A DNA stretch of 64,000 nt from a virus (IMGVR_UViG_3300018089_000001:32001-96000); one strand, 5' to 3'; counted from the stretch's first letter, positions 26,070 to 36,249 are shown. The notes: generated from the letters alone by a model not told the origin. A program made the numbers and translations.

Positions 26070-27289
26070 TCGCTGGCTTCCTCCTGTCCGCCGGTGTCGT
26101 CCGTCCCCTCCTCGTTGGGGACCTCCTCGCCCTCGCGGACCGGCCGCGTGTCGTCGTACTTCCTCACGAGGAGCTTCTCCAGGGTGTCGAGGGCCCACTT
26201 CCGCACGCGCTGGTCCTCCCGGCAGAGTCTGCCGAACTCGGCCTCCCGGAACTGGACGCCGCGGTCCTTGCCCGCGTGGACGCCCTTGTCCCATAGCCTG
26301 CCCGACGGGAGCTGCTCGATGTAACACCACCCGTTGTCCTTCTCGATCATCCCGGCCTCGTGGAGGACCGGGAACCACGAGGCCTCGTCGTCGATCCCGT
26401 GGTCGAAGTGGATCTCGAACTTGCAGGTCCGGTGCGCCGTCCCGAGCCTGCTCTTGATGATCCGGCCGTTGGTCACGAGCCCGTAGATCTCCCCGTCCCT
26501 GTCCTTCAGCTTCGTGCTGGAGGTCACCCTGAGGCGGATCGAGGAGTGGTACGGGAGGGCCTTCCCGTACTTCGTGCCGAGAGGGTCGCCGTAAAGGCCG
26601 GCGTCCATCCGGTACGTGAGCGGCTGGGTGAAGACCATCGTGACCTGCTCCTTACCGATCATGTCGGTGATCTTGCGGAGGCCCTTGGCCATCGCCTTGG
26701 CCCCGAGGCCCATGCGGCTGTTCGGGTCGTAGTCGCCCTCCACCTCGGCCTGCGGCGGGGTGTTCCCGACGGAGTCCCAGATGATGAGGAGGGCCTGGGT
26801 CGGCGCCTTCGCCCGGATCGTCATGACGACCCCCTCGATCACCTCGAAGGCCCGCTCGATGGTGCCCGGCTGCACGTAGATCATGCGCTCCAGGTCGACC
26901 CCGATGCGGCGCATGAAGTCCGGGTTGGCGGCGTTCTCCGTGTCCATGTACACGGCGATCCCGCCCCTCCGCTGGACGTTCGCGATGAGGTGGGCGCAGA
27001 GGAGGGACTTGCCGCTCGACTCCTCGCCCTGGATCTCCACGATCTTTCCCGCCGGGACCCCGCCGTCCCGGCGGTTACTGATGGCGTAGTCGAGGAGCGT
27101 GCTCCCGGTGGGAATCCAGTCCTTGATGTGCGTCGGGGAGTCGTCCTTGGTCAGGTCGTAGGCCACGGGGTCCGCGTCCTTGCCGTTGGACTTGTTCAGG
27201 GCGTCGCGGAGCGTCCGCGCGGCCTGCTTCTGGTCGATCGCCTTCGCCGCCGCCGGCTCCGCCGGCACCTCGCTCATCCGCTTCGCCAT
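26066..27289 (-). CDS. recA: RecA/UvsX recombinase
   Basis: IPTGS..LD, GEESSGKS, YMDTE, IIWDSV. Confidence 0.9.
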   Translation of the reverse strand: MAKRMSEVPAEPAAAKAIDQKQAARTLRDALNKSNGKDADPVAYDLTKDDSPTHIKDWIPTGSTLLDYAISNRRDGGVPAGKIVEIQGEESSGKSLLCAHLIANVQRRGGIAVYMDTENAANPDFMRRIGVDLERMIYVQPGTIERAFEVIEGVVMTIRAKAPTQALLIIWDSVGNTPPQAEVEGDYDPNSRMGLGAKAMAKGLRKITDMIGKEQVTMVFTQPLTYRMDAGLYGDPLGTKYGKALPYHSSIRLRVTSSTKLKDRDGEIYGLVTNGRIIKSRLGTAHRTCKFEIHFDHGIDDEASWFPVLHEAGMIEKDNGWCYIEQLPSGRLWDKGVHAGKDRGVQFREAEFGRLCREDQRVRKWALDTLEKLLVRKYDDTRPVREGEEVPNEEGTDDTGGQEEASE

Positions 27290-27789
27290 CAGACTCCCGA
27301 GACCGCCAGCAGGGACAGCATCTCGTCCACCTCGCCGCCGCCGACGAACTGCTCCTCGATCAGGCGGACGTTGTCGAGCGACACCGTCGCCGAGCCGAGG
27401 ACGGTCCCGGAGGAGGTGTCGTCCAGGGCCACCTGGGCCATGCTCTCGTACTCCACCACTCGAAGGGCCAGACCGTCCGAGCGGTCGTGGTCCCGCTCCT
27501 CCACGACGGCCCCGTACGGGCGGTCCGTGGCGATCTCTACGACGTCGTCCTGGATCGGGCTCTCGACGAGTTGAGATTCAGCAATCAGCAAACCGAGATT
27601 CTGTCCATCCGCAGCCACCCTTTGATAGGGCCTGTCACCTTGAAAGACGTCAACGCGACGCACCGCGTCTATGATCAGGAAGCTTCCCGCAGAGAGGTTC
27701 TCCCACGCAGCTTCCTCGAAGTTAGCAAGCCGACCCCTCACGTCGCATCCGCTCAGTGGGCTGAGCGGGTCGTTCACCCTATACCACAT
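27289..27789 (-). CDS. Hypothetical protein
   Basis: ORF track. Confidence 0.55.
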   Translation of the reverse strand: MWYRVNDPLSPLSGCDVRGRLANFEEAAWENLSAGSFLIIDAVRRVDVFQGDRPYQRVAADGQNLGLLIAESQLVESPIQDDVVEIATDRPYGAVVEERDHDRSDGLALRVVEYESMAQVALDDTSSGTVLGSATVSLDNVRLIEEQFVGGGEVDEMLSLLAVSGV

Positions 27790-27862
27790 GCGTCCCCCTC
27801 ATGAGAAAAGGAGGGGCACGGGAGGGACGTTGATCCCTCCCGCAGCCCCGCCGCGGGCGGCC

Positions 27863-28753
27863 TCAGCGGCCCGCGCTGACCATCGCCTCGAGCTTGGCGA
27901 TGGTGGACTCGACGTCCCCGCCGCCCTGGGCGGGCCTCTCGGACCCAGCCGAGCCGCCGTACTCGAGGTCGCTGTCGTCGGACTTGCCCTTGGACGAGTC
28001 CCCGCCGCCCTCCCTCATGGACGCCTCCCAGGCGGCGAAGACCTTCTCGGCCTCCTCGGTGCTGACGGGCTTGGCGATGTCGGCGGCCGTCGGGATGCGC
28101 TCGAGGAGCATCCGGGCCTTCGCCTCACCGCCGTCCGCGGCCTTGAAGATCGGGGAGAACTTCTTCCGCTCCTCGACCTCCGTGAGGTCGAAGGACGTGG
28201 TGTTCCCCTTCTCGCCCTTCTTCTTCAGGGTGACCACCAGGTCGAGGGCGTGGGTGAGCGAGGTCAGGACCCGCAGTCCGCCGCCCTCCGGATGGTCGTC
28301 ATTCCAGTCGTCGTTGGCGCAGATCTTCAGGACCGCCTGGTAGGTCTTCGGGGTCAGCTCCCACAGGAACGGCCCCTCGACGTCGGTCGAGTCCTTCTTC
28401 CGGACGACGACCGGGATGTAGTGCTTGACGGCCGCGTCGACCTTCTTGAAGCACTCCCAGTCCATCTTGCGGACGTGCTCGGGCTTGTCGCGGCCCTTCT
28501 CGTCCTTCCAGGACTTCAGCCGCTTGGCCACGTCGCAGAACGGACACTCCTCGTCCCACGTCCCGGGACATGCCATCTGACGCCCGTTGTCGACGCCGTA
28601 GTGCCACTTGATGACCAGCGCCAGGTCATCCTCGCCGGGGAGCGGGAGCGCCCGGACGGTGTGCTCGTCCTTGGGCTTCCAGCGCTTGCTCTTGGGCTTG
28701 CCCTCCTCCAGGTTCTTCAGCTTCGCGCGGATCGCGTTTAGATCGAAAGCCAT
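27863..28753 (-). CDS. gp32-like single-stranded DNA-binding protein
   Basis: WKP...VR.LP, HYG, CP..W.E.CPFC, acidic C-tail. Confidence 0.82.
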   Translation of the reverse strand: MAFDLNAIRAKLKNLEEGKPKSKRWKPKDEHTVRALPLPGEDDLALVIKWHYGVDNGRQMACPGTWDEECPFCDVAKRLKSWKDEKGRDKPEHVRKMDWECFKKVDAAVKHYIPVVVRKKDSTDVEGPFLWELTPKTYQAVLKICANDDWNDDHPEGGGLRVLTSLTHALDLVVTLKKKGEKGNTTSFDLTEVEERKKFSPIFKAADGGEAKARMLLERIPTAADIAKPVSTEEAEKVFAAWEASMREGGGDSSKGKSDDSDLEYGGSAGSERPAQGGGDVESTIAKLEAMVSAGR

Positions 28754-29213
28754 CTTCCTTCACCTTTCCCTCTTCAAATCGCTTCAAATACTCAATCGCT
28801 CTTGTCAGAATTTCTGTTGAATCTCGAAGACTACCAATGCCCACATTACAGTAATGACACAGTAATCCTCGAACTTGACCGTTTACGTGTGAATGATCAA
28901 CGTGCCAATTTCCCTTACCACCCGGTTCGGAAGTATGACAGACAGCACACTTCGAATCTTGCTCACGAAGCAACGTGTTGAAAGTTTCAAGCGTGATCCC
29001 GTATCGAACCACATAGTACATGTTCTGATAGTAATCAGAACGACAGGATGCGCAGAATCGGCCCGGTTTTCCATCCCGAGGAGAGCCACACATCTTGCAA
29101 AGTTTATCGGGAACTCTCCCGATCCTTGTCCTGTGATGGCCCCGTGACCAGGTTCCCATCACCATCTTGCCGCATCCGCACCTGCAAGGGTTCCCTGGGA
29201 ATTTTTCCGACAT
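28626..29213 (-). mobile_element. Endonuclease VII-family (His-Me) homing-type endonuclease
   Basis: YGITL......Q..KCAVC, VDHSH..GQVRGLLC..CN.GIG; N-terminal C.CGCG; markedly lower GC. Confidence 0.85.
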
Positions 29214-29970
29214 ACCGGAGCTTGACCCCTTCAGAGCTCGCGCTATCAAAGACTAGGAATTGCGCGATTTCATCCCTAGAAACCATTGTATATAGGGGTC
29301 CGGCGACGAGGAAGATTCCCTCGAGGTCAGCGAAACCGCCAACGATGTCAGACGGTTGGACGCGATTGTACAGCAGGTCCCTAGCGACGGGAAGCATCGT
29401 CGGGATCCTGAGGGAGACCTGCGCGAGCCGCTCAAAGCGAGCGGCGAAGGACTTCGAGTGCCTCCGCTGCATGGCCTGATCGATCAGGGTGTGGGTCTCC
29501 TCGACGAACCTCGTCAGCTCGTCCCTGGAGCGCTTCCCCCAACCCGGATGGGAGACGGAGTCCTGCAGGATGTGATCGACCTGGGTCTCCAGTGCCACGG
29601 CGAAGGCCTTGATCAGGGAGTCGCGGCGGCCGTAGAACTTCTCTCCCCTGCGGCCGACCTTGAAACGGGGGTCGAAGGCCCGCACCTCGGTCTTGCGCCA
29701 CAGGGCCTTCACCTCGTAGCGACCCGGCTCGATGCCGGCCGCCCGGGCGAAGACGCGGTCGTTGATCTCGAGGTCGTACGACTGGGTCCGCTTGCCGGCC
29801 CGCTTGACCGGGACGCCGTACCGGACGTAGACCGTGTGGGCCACTTGCTGCTCAGCGGAGCAGGGGGCCGCCGTCGGATCGATGAACAGCTCACGCCAGC
29901 CGAAGGCCGGCTCAGATGCTTGCCCCGGTGATGCGGCCGGGTCCCCAGTCCAACGCCCTGTCTGCGTCAC
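29104..29970 (-). CDS. Hypothetical protein, possible PD-(D/E)xK nuclease
   Basis: SYDL...RYEVK. Confidence 0.45.
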   Translation of the reverse strand: MTQTGRWTGDPAASPGQASEPAFGWRELFIDPTAAPCSAEQQVAHTVYVRYGVPVKRAGKRTQSYDLEINDRVFARAAGIEPGRYEVKALWRKTEVRAFDPRFKVGRRGEKFYGRRDSLIKAFAVALETQVDHILQDSVSHPGWGKRSRDELTRFVEETHTLIDQAMQRRHSKSFAARFERLAQVSLRIPTMLPVARDLLYNRVQPSDIVGGFADLEGIFLVAGPLYTMVSRDEIAQFLVFDSASSEGVKLRYVGKIPREPLQVRMRQDGDGNLVTGPSQDKDRESSR

Positions 29971-30832
29971 GCTCGTTCTCGTCCTCCGGGACGTGGTTCT
30001 GGGGGGCCTTCAGGGCGCCCCGCCCGTTGGACCACGACGACGAGTTCGATCCCCGCATCGTGGCGGGCCCCGCCGCGCCTGACCCGGGAGCCCCCGTCCC
30101 GAACTCACGGAGCATCCCCTGTCCCGACAGGACCCGACGGTAGCGCTCCAGGCCCATGTCGTCAGAGAAGACGTGGGGGTCCAGGAGGCTCTCCATGCGA
30201 TCGGCGTCCTGTCGGTCGATGGCATCGATTATACCATCGCCGTCGTCAGTGGGAACCCTTCCCGTCCTGATCCTGATGAGGCCCGGGTCGACCCGGGCGT
30301 TACCCAGCTCGAACGAGCGCCTCAGCTCCGCGGCCTGCTCGGGGCTGCAGAAGACCTCCAGCGCCTCGTTCGGGAGGTGCATCCCCTCCTTCATCGCGGC
30401 CTCGATGGCCCCTTGGGCCGAGGGCTGGTGATCGAGGACGCGCAGCTTGGAGGCGCAGTCGGGCATCGACACCTGGAGGAGCTGCTCCAGCGCCCCGGCC
30501 GGTAGCCTGCCGCCGGTGCCGACGACGATGACGGAGGTCCGCCCGCGGACGAGGTCCCGAAGGAACTTGCAGGTGTGCTTACCCGGCGGGTCACCGGCCA
30601 CGAGGAGCATGGCGGACGAGCCCTGACGACCCGTCTCCCTCAGGGTGAGGAGCTCGGCCACGGCCGCCGGGCCTCCCAGGAGGGCCAGCTCGAGCTCCTC
30701 GTCCGTTTCCATCGAATCAGAGACGTGCTTGGGTAGCTTCTTTCCCTTGGGCGTGTGCGCGTCCCAGCGGCGGGCCATCTTCGGGTGATGGATGTGCATC
30801 CACGCCCTTTGCGACTGAGACTTATAGGGCAT
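29912..30832 (-). CDS. Hypothetical protein (MPYKSQSQRAWM N-terminal motif; degenerate Rossmann-like core)
   Basis: ATG at 30832. Confidence 0.55.
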   Translation of the reverse strand: MPYKSQSQRAWMHIHHPKMARRWDAHTPKGKKLPKHVSDSMETDEELELALLGGPAAVAELLTLRETGRQGSSAMLLVAGDPPGKHTCKFLRDLVRGRTSVIVVGTGGRLPAGALEQLLQVSMPDCASKLRVLDHQPSAQGAIEAAMKEGMHLPNEALEVFCSPEQAAELRRSFELGNARVDPGLIRIRTGRVPTDDGDGIIDAIDRQDADRMESLLDPHVFSDDMGLERYRRVLSGQGMLREFGTGAPGSGAAGPATMRGSNSSSWSNGRGALKAPQNHVPEDENERDADRALDWGPGRITGASI

Positions 30833-30837
30833 GACGT

Positions 30838-31149
30838 TCAGAGCATCTTGGCCAGGGTCATGGCCAGGGTCATCGTGCTGAAGAGCGACGAGATCACGAT
30901 ACCGACCCAGGCCGACCTGGGCAGCTTCCTCAGCGCCCGCTCCTCGGCGACACGCTTCAGCTCGTTCTCCACGAGCGCCAGCCGGACCGTCATGGCCGGC
31001 TGACCGTTGCCCTCGATGAGGACGTGCTTGATCTGGGAGACGTCCTCCTTGAGGAGCCGCTGCTCGATGGCGTGCTCCCGCTGGCTGACGCACAGGTCAG
31101 ACAGCATGTCCCGGATGCCCTTCAGCTCGACGTCGATAGATTCCGCCAC
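30838..31149 (-). CDS. Coiled-coil protein with C-terminal TM helix
   Basis: Heptads followed by AWVGIVISSLFSTMTLAM. Confidence 0.55.
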   Translation of the reverse strand: MAESIDVELKGIRDMLSDLCVSQREHAIEQRLLKEDVSQIKHVLIEGNGQPAMTVRLALVENELKRVAEERALRKLPRSAWVGIVISSLFSTMTLAMTLAKML

Positions 31150-31179
31150 GGCGGGGTCCTTTCACTCTCTCTCACAGGT

Positions 31180-31695
31180 TCACGGGATGTCGTGAAGCTG
31201 GTTCTTCCACAGGAACTTCACCTCGTCGGAGATGACCAGGATCACCAGGGAGTCCGTGGTCTCGTTGAACGTGATCACGACCTCCTTCGCGCCCGGCAGG
31301 TGCTCCGACTTGGGGTTGATGCTGATCGCCTGGACGGTCTTCCCGGAGACCTCGTCGCTCACGGCCCCCGAGGGGTCCTCCCCCGCGTCGCCGTCCTTGT
31401 CCAGGGCATCCGGGTCGGGCGAGTTCCCGTCCACGGCGGGACCGTCGGGGTCCGCGTCCGGCTCCTGGCCGCCCTCGGGGGAGGACGCGCCGACGTCGGG
31501 TGACCCGACGGTCGCGTCCGGTGACTCGGGGTTCCCCGCGTCGGGCGGCTCGTCCTGGTCGGCGGAGGCCACGCCGGGCTTCCGCTTCTTGACGGGGACC
31601 TCGTCGTCCTCCTCGCCGGCCTCGACGAGCTCCCGGAGCCTCCGGCGGACCTCCTCGGCGACGATCTCTGCGAGCCTTTTCCGTGAGATGTTCAT
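31180..31695 (-). CDS. Acidic hypothetical protein
   Basis: MNISRKRLAEIVAEE, preceded by ATAGGTA motif. Confidence 0.6.
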   Translation of the reverse strand: MNISRKRLAEIVAEEVRRRLRELVEAGEEDDEVPVKKRKPGVASADQDEPPDAGNPESPDATVGSPDVGASSPEGGQEPDADPDGPAVDGNSPDPDALDKDGDAGEDPSGAVSDEVSGKTVQAISINPKSEHLPGAKEVVITFNETTDSLVILVISDEVKFLWKNQLHDIP

Positions 31696-31728
31696 GGCTT
31701 ACGGGCCCTCCGCGGGATCCCTAACGCC

Positions 31729-31735
31729 TACCTAT
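31729..31735 (-). promoter_or_regulatory. Candidate late-promoter motif ATAGGTA
   Basis: Recurs at 43138, 45788 and 55546 upstream of gene starts. Confidence 0.5.
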
Positions 31736-31761
31736 GGCCCGCGGCCTCCGGACCACCGCGT

Positions 31762-32358
31762 TCAGCGGATTACGCCGGGTGTGGCGTGCTTCCGTAGATA
31801 TTCCTGGGCAGCCTCATGCCATCCCCCAGGTATCTCCAAGCACCCAATGCCCCAATTGCATCGGATGCAAAGTAAGCCCCTGGTTTTGCCTGTCTCATGA
31901 TTGTGATCGACAACCTGAGGTTCGTTCAAGCAACCGACAACGGCGCAAGTGCCTCCCTGATCTTTCAAAATCCTATCCCACTCGCGTCGGGAGACTCCGT
32001 ATTTGGCAAGCCGTCCGCGGCTGATATCATCGGGCACACACGTTAGACACCAACGCTGCGTGTTTGAAGTGGGACGAAAAATCTCAGCACAGTGCTCGCA
32101 ACGAAGTTCAGAAAAGATTCGACACGCGCGTTTGCGGCCGAGCGAGACCAGAGTTTGCTCACGCACCCTAAACGCTTCGGTGGGCGCGAAGGTCCGATTC
32201 ATGAAATTCTTCATTTCATGGGGTGTGACCTCGATCCCGGCGCGCGCAGCGAACATCTGCAATTCAGTCGCCGATTTCCCTGCGCAGTACAATCTCTCGA
32301 GGTCAGGCTGGATCTCGCTCAGTCGATTTCTGCTTGCTTTTCTTGAAGTGTCGTCCAA
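31762..32358 (-). mobile_element. Endonuclease VII-family homing-type endonuclease
   Basis: KYGVS..EW......QGGTCAV, VVDHNH.TGKTRGLLC..CN.GIG; lower GC. Confidence 0.82.
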
Positions 32359-32951
32359 AGGTCCCCCATATGGACGATCACAGCGAGGTGCGGCTCCTTG
32401 AGCCGGTAATCCTTGTTTCGATCGACGTATTGGCCATCCGCGAGCATCAACGCGAGGTACTCGTCGTGATCCAGCGTGATCCCCTGCTGCTGTAGAGTAA
32501 ACAGGGTCCGCTGCGAAACGTCCATGTGTGGGCAATTAGGGTTCACCTCGTAAAACTCGCCCCTTTTTCGCTTCCATTCTTCGTTGACTTCACGATAATA
32601 TTCAAGACCGGGGCTGCCCGCCTTCCCGAAGTCATGGAAAAGTCCGCAGAAGGTCAGCGTCGGAAGGGCCCACCTGCCCGGAGCTAGTGCCTGGGCGATC
32701 TTCAGGACGTTCGTCACCACCGTGAGGGAGTGGGCGACCAGGCCACACGGGTAGGCGTTGTGGTGGGCCCGACGCGTCGAGGCCGGCGCCGTCATGAACT
32801 GCTCGCCCATCGGGCCGTCGAGCATCGCCCGGACCCTCGCCCGCCTCGGCTCGGGAAAGCCGTCGACGATGTTGGTGACGGCCCGGTGATACTCATCCAG
32901 CCGCCTGGTCCCCTGGGACCAGTACTCATCCGCAGTCATTCGCTCGCTCAT
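32319..32951 (-). CDS. HD-domain hydrolase (YhaM-like HD)
   Basis: APAS...HH.A..GL..HSL.V, LFHDFGK, H..D. Confidence 0.8.
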   Translation of the reverse strand: MSERMTADEYWSQGTRRLDEYHRAVTNIVDGFPEPRRARVRAMLDGPMGEQFMTAPASTRRAHHNAYPCGLVAHSLTVVTNVLKIAQALAPGRWALPTLTFCGLFHDFGKAGSPGLEYYREVNEEWKRKRGEFYEVNPNCPHMDVSQRTLFTLQQQGITLDHDEYLALMLADGQYVDRNKDYRLKEPHLAVIVHMGDLWTTLQEKQAEID

Positions 32952-33163
32952 CACATCCATCCCCTTCGCTTCTTGCGTCGCATCCTCTGCTGGCGTTTGA
33001 ACTTCCGATACCACGGAAGGAGTGATCCGTAGGCGGCCCTCAGCTCGGTGTCTAGACCCGAGGACCGGCAGCTCCGGCAGATGCAGACCGCCAGGGGCCC
33101 GTCGGGCGTCATGATGTGTACGGTGACCTCGGGAGGGGCCACCTCGATCTCATCGGCTGCCAT
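32951..33163 (-). CDS. Small basic Cys-containing protein
   Basis: C.C..C, Arg/Lys-rich tail. Confidence 0.5.
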   Translation of the reverse strand: MAADEIEVAPPEVTVHIMTPDGPLAVCICRSCRSSGLDTELRAAYGSLLPWYRKFKRQQRMRRKKRRGWM

Positions 33164-34193
33164 TCTTCGCTTCCTCGTAGCTGGTTCCGATCGAGACGCC
33201 CACCCGGTAGGGGACGCCGATCCTCTGGGACGCTCCCTCCTCGAGGGCCTTGGCCACCACGGCCAGCGCGTCCGAGTGTGTCTCAGAATAATCCAGGGCC
33301 AGCTCGTCGTGGACGGTGAAGAGGGGCACGACGTGGTCGCCGGCCAGCAGCGGAAGGGCCCGCGCCAGCGCGGCGCGAAAGGCCAGCGCGGACTGGGCCT
33401 GCACCCGCCGGCCGGCCTCCCCCTGCGGCATCCTCCGTAGGAAGTCCAACTCGGGAAAGTGGTAGGAGAACTTCCGCTCGAGCGACGAGTGGCCGCCGTA
33501 GGCGTAGACGAAGGTCTCGCGCTTGACCTCGTCCCGAACCTCGGGGGGAGGCACCGCCCCGTAGAGCGTGGCGGCCGTGTGGAAGTGGAGGTCCTCCTGG
33601 CCCACGTACCGCGCCGCGAGGCCGGGAACGACGGAGACCATCGAGCAGAGGTCCATCGCCCGGAAGTCCAGGACTGCGATCCGACGGCACGCGGCCCGGG
33701 GGACCACCCTCCAACGGTCATCGGGACCGAGCGAGAGCGGGTTGAAGGTCCAGTCCGCGACCCGGACTGGCTCGGTCCCGAATCGACCGGTGACCGTCCC
33801 CCTGAGGCGCCAGCGAACATGCAGAAGACCCCGTCCCTTCACCTGGATCCCGCGGACCCGGGCCAATTCGAGGACTAGCCCCGCGCGGGTCCAGTCGACG
33901 AGGTCCCGCACCCCGGTCTCGAACAGCAGCTCCCGGGCCGCGGCGGCTCGCCTCAGCTCGCGGGCCTTCTCCCACACCCAGTCAGGAGCCAGGGCGTGGA
34001 CGCAGGACCAGCCGGTCTCCAGCTCGGACCTCCGGAACGGGGCGAGCAGCTCGGCCGCCGGGTCGACCTCGTAGATCGGGCCGAGCGCGACGACGACCGG
34101 CCTGTCCCGGAGCGCCAGGGAGAGGGCGGGAATGAACGAGTCGTCCAGCGCGTGGTAGACCTGCGTCCCGTCCTGGAGCTCGACGATCCTCAC
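33150..34193 (-). CDS. Compact family A DNA polymerase-like protein
   Basis: TVTGRF, VLDFRAMDL (motif A), R..VK...F...YG (motif B), VHDEL (motif C). Confidence 0.78.
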   Translation of the reverse strand: MRIVELQDGTQVYHALDDSFIPALSLALRDRPVVVALGPIYEVDPAAELLAPFRRSELETGWSCVHALAPDWVWEKARELRRAAAARELLFETGVRDLVDWTRAGLVLELARVRGIQVKGRGLLHVRWRLRGTVTGRFGTEPVRVADWTFNPLSLGPDDRWRVVPRAACRRIAVLDFRAMDLCSMVSVVPGLAARYVGQEDLHFHTAATLYGAVPPPEVRDEVKRETFVYAYGGHSSLERKFSYHFPELDFLRRMPQGEAGRRVQAQSALAFRAALARALPLLAGDHVVPLFTVHDELALDYSETHSDALAVVAKALEEGASQRIGVPYRVGVSIGTSYEEAKNGSR

Positions 34194-34393
34194 GGGGGGT
34201 CCTTGAGCACGCGAAGCACCCAGGATCGCTCCTCGGGACGACGGGCGGCGTCCTCGCGACAGAGACGCGCGGCCTCGTCGAGGGGGGTCCCGTCGAAGGA
34301 ACCGGAGGTCAGCGGGACCAGGACGCGTGAGGAGGTGAAGTTCCCGACGACGTCGAGACGCACCCGAACGAATCTCTCGAGGTAGAGCGGCAC
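34190..34393 (-). CDS. Small hypothetical protein
   Basis: ORF track; downstream of candidate extended -10 TGATACGAT (34403-34411). Confidence 0.45.
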   Translation of the reverse strand: MPLYLERFVRVRLDVVGNFTSSRVLVPLTSGSFDGTPLDEAARLCREDAARRPEERSWVLRVLKDPP

Positions 34394-34408
34394 GGCGTGA
34401 ACATCGTA

Positions 34409-36151
34409 TCACTTCTCCTGACGGAGGCGTCGCGCCCGCTCGTTCGCCGTCTCAATCTCCTGGTCGGTGAGGCGACGGCGGGTGTTGAGGGGATCGACGC
34501 CCTCGGAGATGAGGCGGAACTTCGAGGTGAACCGCCCGGGCTCGACTGTGTCCGTCTTCTCCAGGACGTGGAAGACGCCGCTGATCGACGGCGATCGGAA
34601 GAACTCGACCCAGATGAGGGCAAACGACTCGAGGACGAAGTTCCCGTACATTGTGACCTCGCCCTCCAGGATCGAGGCCGGGACGATCTCCCGGGCCCCC
34701 GCCTGGCCCCGTCGGGACTCCACGTCAGGCATCGCCGTCGACTGGACGCGGTCCTTGCGGTCCCGGTACGCGGAGTCGACCTGGATGGCCTGGAGCAGGG
34801 CGTCCGGTTGCATCTCGAAGCTGGCGTCTAGGACCAGCGAGCCGGCCACGCCGAACTCCAGCACGGGAACGTCCTTGGCCCGGAGGACCCGCATGACGTT
34901 GTCGCGGGTCTGCTGGGCGAGGGGGAGCCGGTCGGAGTCGGTGAAGACGTCCGTGACCAGCTTGCGGTCGTAGATCGAGAGCACGAGCGTCACCGACCCG
35001 TCCCGGTTCCGGACGGTGTCCGCCCTCATGACAATCTCAGGCTTCGCCCGCCCCCCCGTCTGGTCGGGACCCCAGGCCTCCGCGGCGTTCGCCAGGCCGA
35101 TGAGGATCGAGATGAAGTTGTGGAGGAGCATCGAGCGTCCCGCCGCGAAGTGCGCCGAGAGCAGCTCCCGGAGCCTGGAGGCGGGGACGAGCAGGTCGCC
35201 GATCGAGCGGCCGGACATGTCCCGCCCCCCGTACCCGTCGGACTGCCGACCCGCCCGCCTGTTGAAGTTCGCGAGCAGGAGCTGGGTCGGCGGACTTCCG
35301 GAGTAACCGAAGCCGCGGGCGGCCGCGTCGACCATGGGGGCGACGACCGCGTCCAGGACGTCCCCGAGCACGTACATGTTCCCCCGACCCTGAGCGAGCT
35401 GGGGGGTCAGTCCGTCGAGAAGCAGCTTCAGGCGCTGGGCGTTGGAGGAGTCGTCCTCGCGGACGGGCTCCCTGAAGCGGAAGCGCGGGCCGAAGGCGGA
35501 GTCCACGACGTCAGAGAAGCGGGACTCGCGCAGGGCGATGTCCCCGTTCTCCAGGGCATGCACCGCCACGTCCACCTCGCCGGTCTGTCGGAGGTGGAGG
35601 GTGTACCGGGCGACGACCAGCAGGACCGTCTGGGTGGACTTGACCGCGAGCCCCCGCTCGGTGACGTGCCCCGTCCCGTTGAAGAGATCGTTCGGCACCA
35701 GCGTCGGGTCGGCGGACCAGCCGTACTCCAGGGAGAAGGAGTTGCCCTCCTCAAGGAGCTCCCGCCACGGGACCCGGGAGGCCCGGTCGAAGACGAGCTC
35801 CGGGCGGTGGACCACGAAGTTCAGGGTCACCTCGCGGAAGAGCATCAGGCCGTACGAGAGCTTCGAGTCCACCGTCAGGGACTGGAGCGACACGAGGGCC
35901 CGCTCGCGAAACGTCTCCTGGTCCACCCCGAAGTCGTCCCCGGCGGCGCCGAACTGCGGGGTCTGGACGAGGTCGAACATGAGCGGGCGGGCGTCCTCCG
36001 CGGGCCTACCGGACCGGGAGTCGATCTTCAGGATCCTGATGAGAGGGACGCACGCGCCGATCTGCTCGGAAGTGATCGACTGCAGGAGCAGCATCGGCTC
36101 CTGCGAGGCGCCGGCGAACGGGTTGACGTCCGGACCGCGACGGAATGGCAT
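34409..36151 (-). CDS. Putative baseplate hub / tail protein
   Basis: Position after LysM/gp53-like gene; LEYGWS and C-terminal GVFHV..KTD.V.PG.FTS typical of hub proteins. Confidence 0.55.
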   Translation of the reverse strand: MPFRRGPDVNPFAGASQEPMLLLQSITSEQIGACVPLIRILKIDSRSGRPAEDARPLMFDLVQTPQFGAAGDDFGVDQETFRERALVSLQSLTVDSKLSYGLMLFREVTLNFVVHRPELVFDRASRVPWRELLEEGNSFSLEYGWSADPTLVPNDLFNGTGHVTERGLAVKSTQTVLLVVARYTLHLRQTGEVDVAVHALENGDIALRESRFSDVVDSAFGPRFRFREPVREDDSSNAQRLKLLLDGLTPQLAQGRGNMYVLGDVLDAVVAPMVDAAARGFGYSGSPPTQLLLANFNRRAGRQSDGYGGRDMSGRSIGDLLVPASRLRELLSAHFAAGRSMLLHNFISILIGLANAAEAWGPDQTGGRAKPEIVMRADTVRNRDGSVTLVLSIYDRKLVTDVFTDSDRLPLAQQTRDNVMRVLRAKDVPVLEFGVAGSLVLDASFEMQPDALLQAIQVDSAYRDRKDRVQSTAMPDVESRRGQAGAREIVPASILEGEVTMYGNFVLESFALIWVEFFRSPSISGVFHVLEKTDTVEPGRFTSKFRLISEGVDPLNTRRRLTDQEIETANERARRLRQEK

Positions 36152-36249
36152 CAGAGTTTCCCTCTCAAGACCCACCACGCATAGACGAGCAGGATTGAAG
36201 CGAGGAGCGCCTCAGCTAGAATGAACAGGACCCAGGAGGCAGTGATCAC
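36151..36249 (-). CDS. Small membrane peptide
   Basis: Hydrophobic 32 aa; overlaps at both ends. Confidence 0.4.
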   Translation of the reverse strand: MITASWVLFILAEALLASILLVYAWWVLRGKL

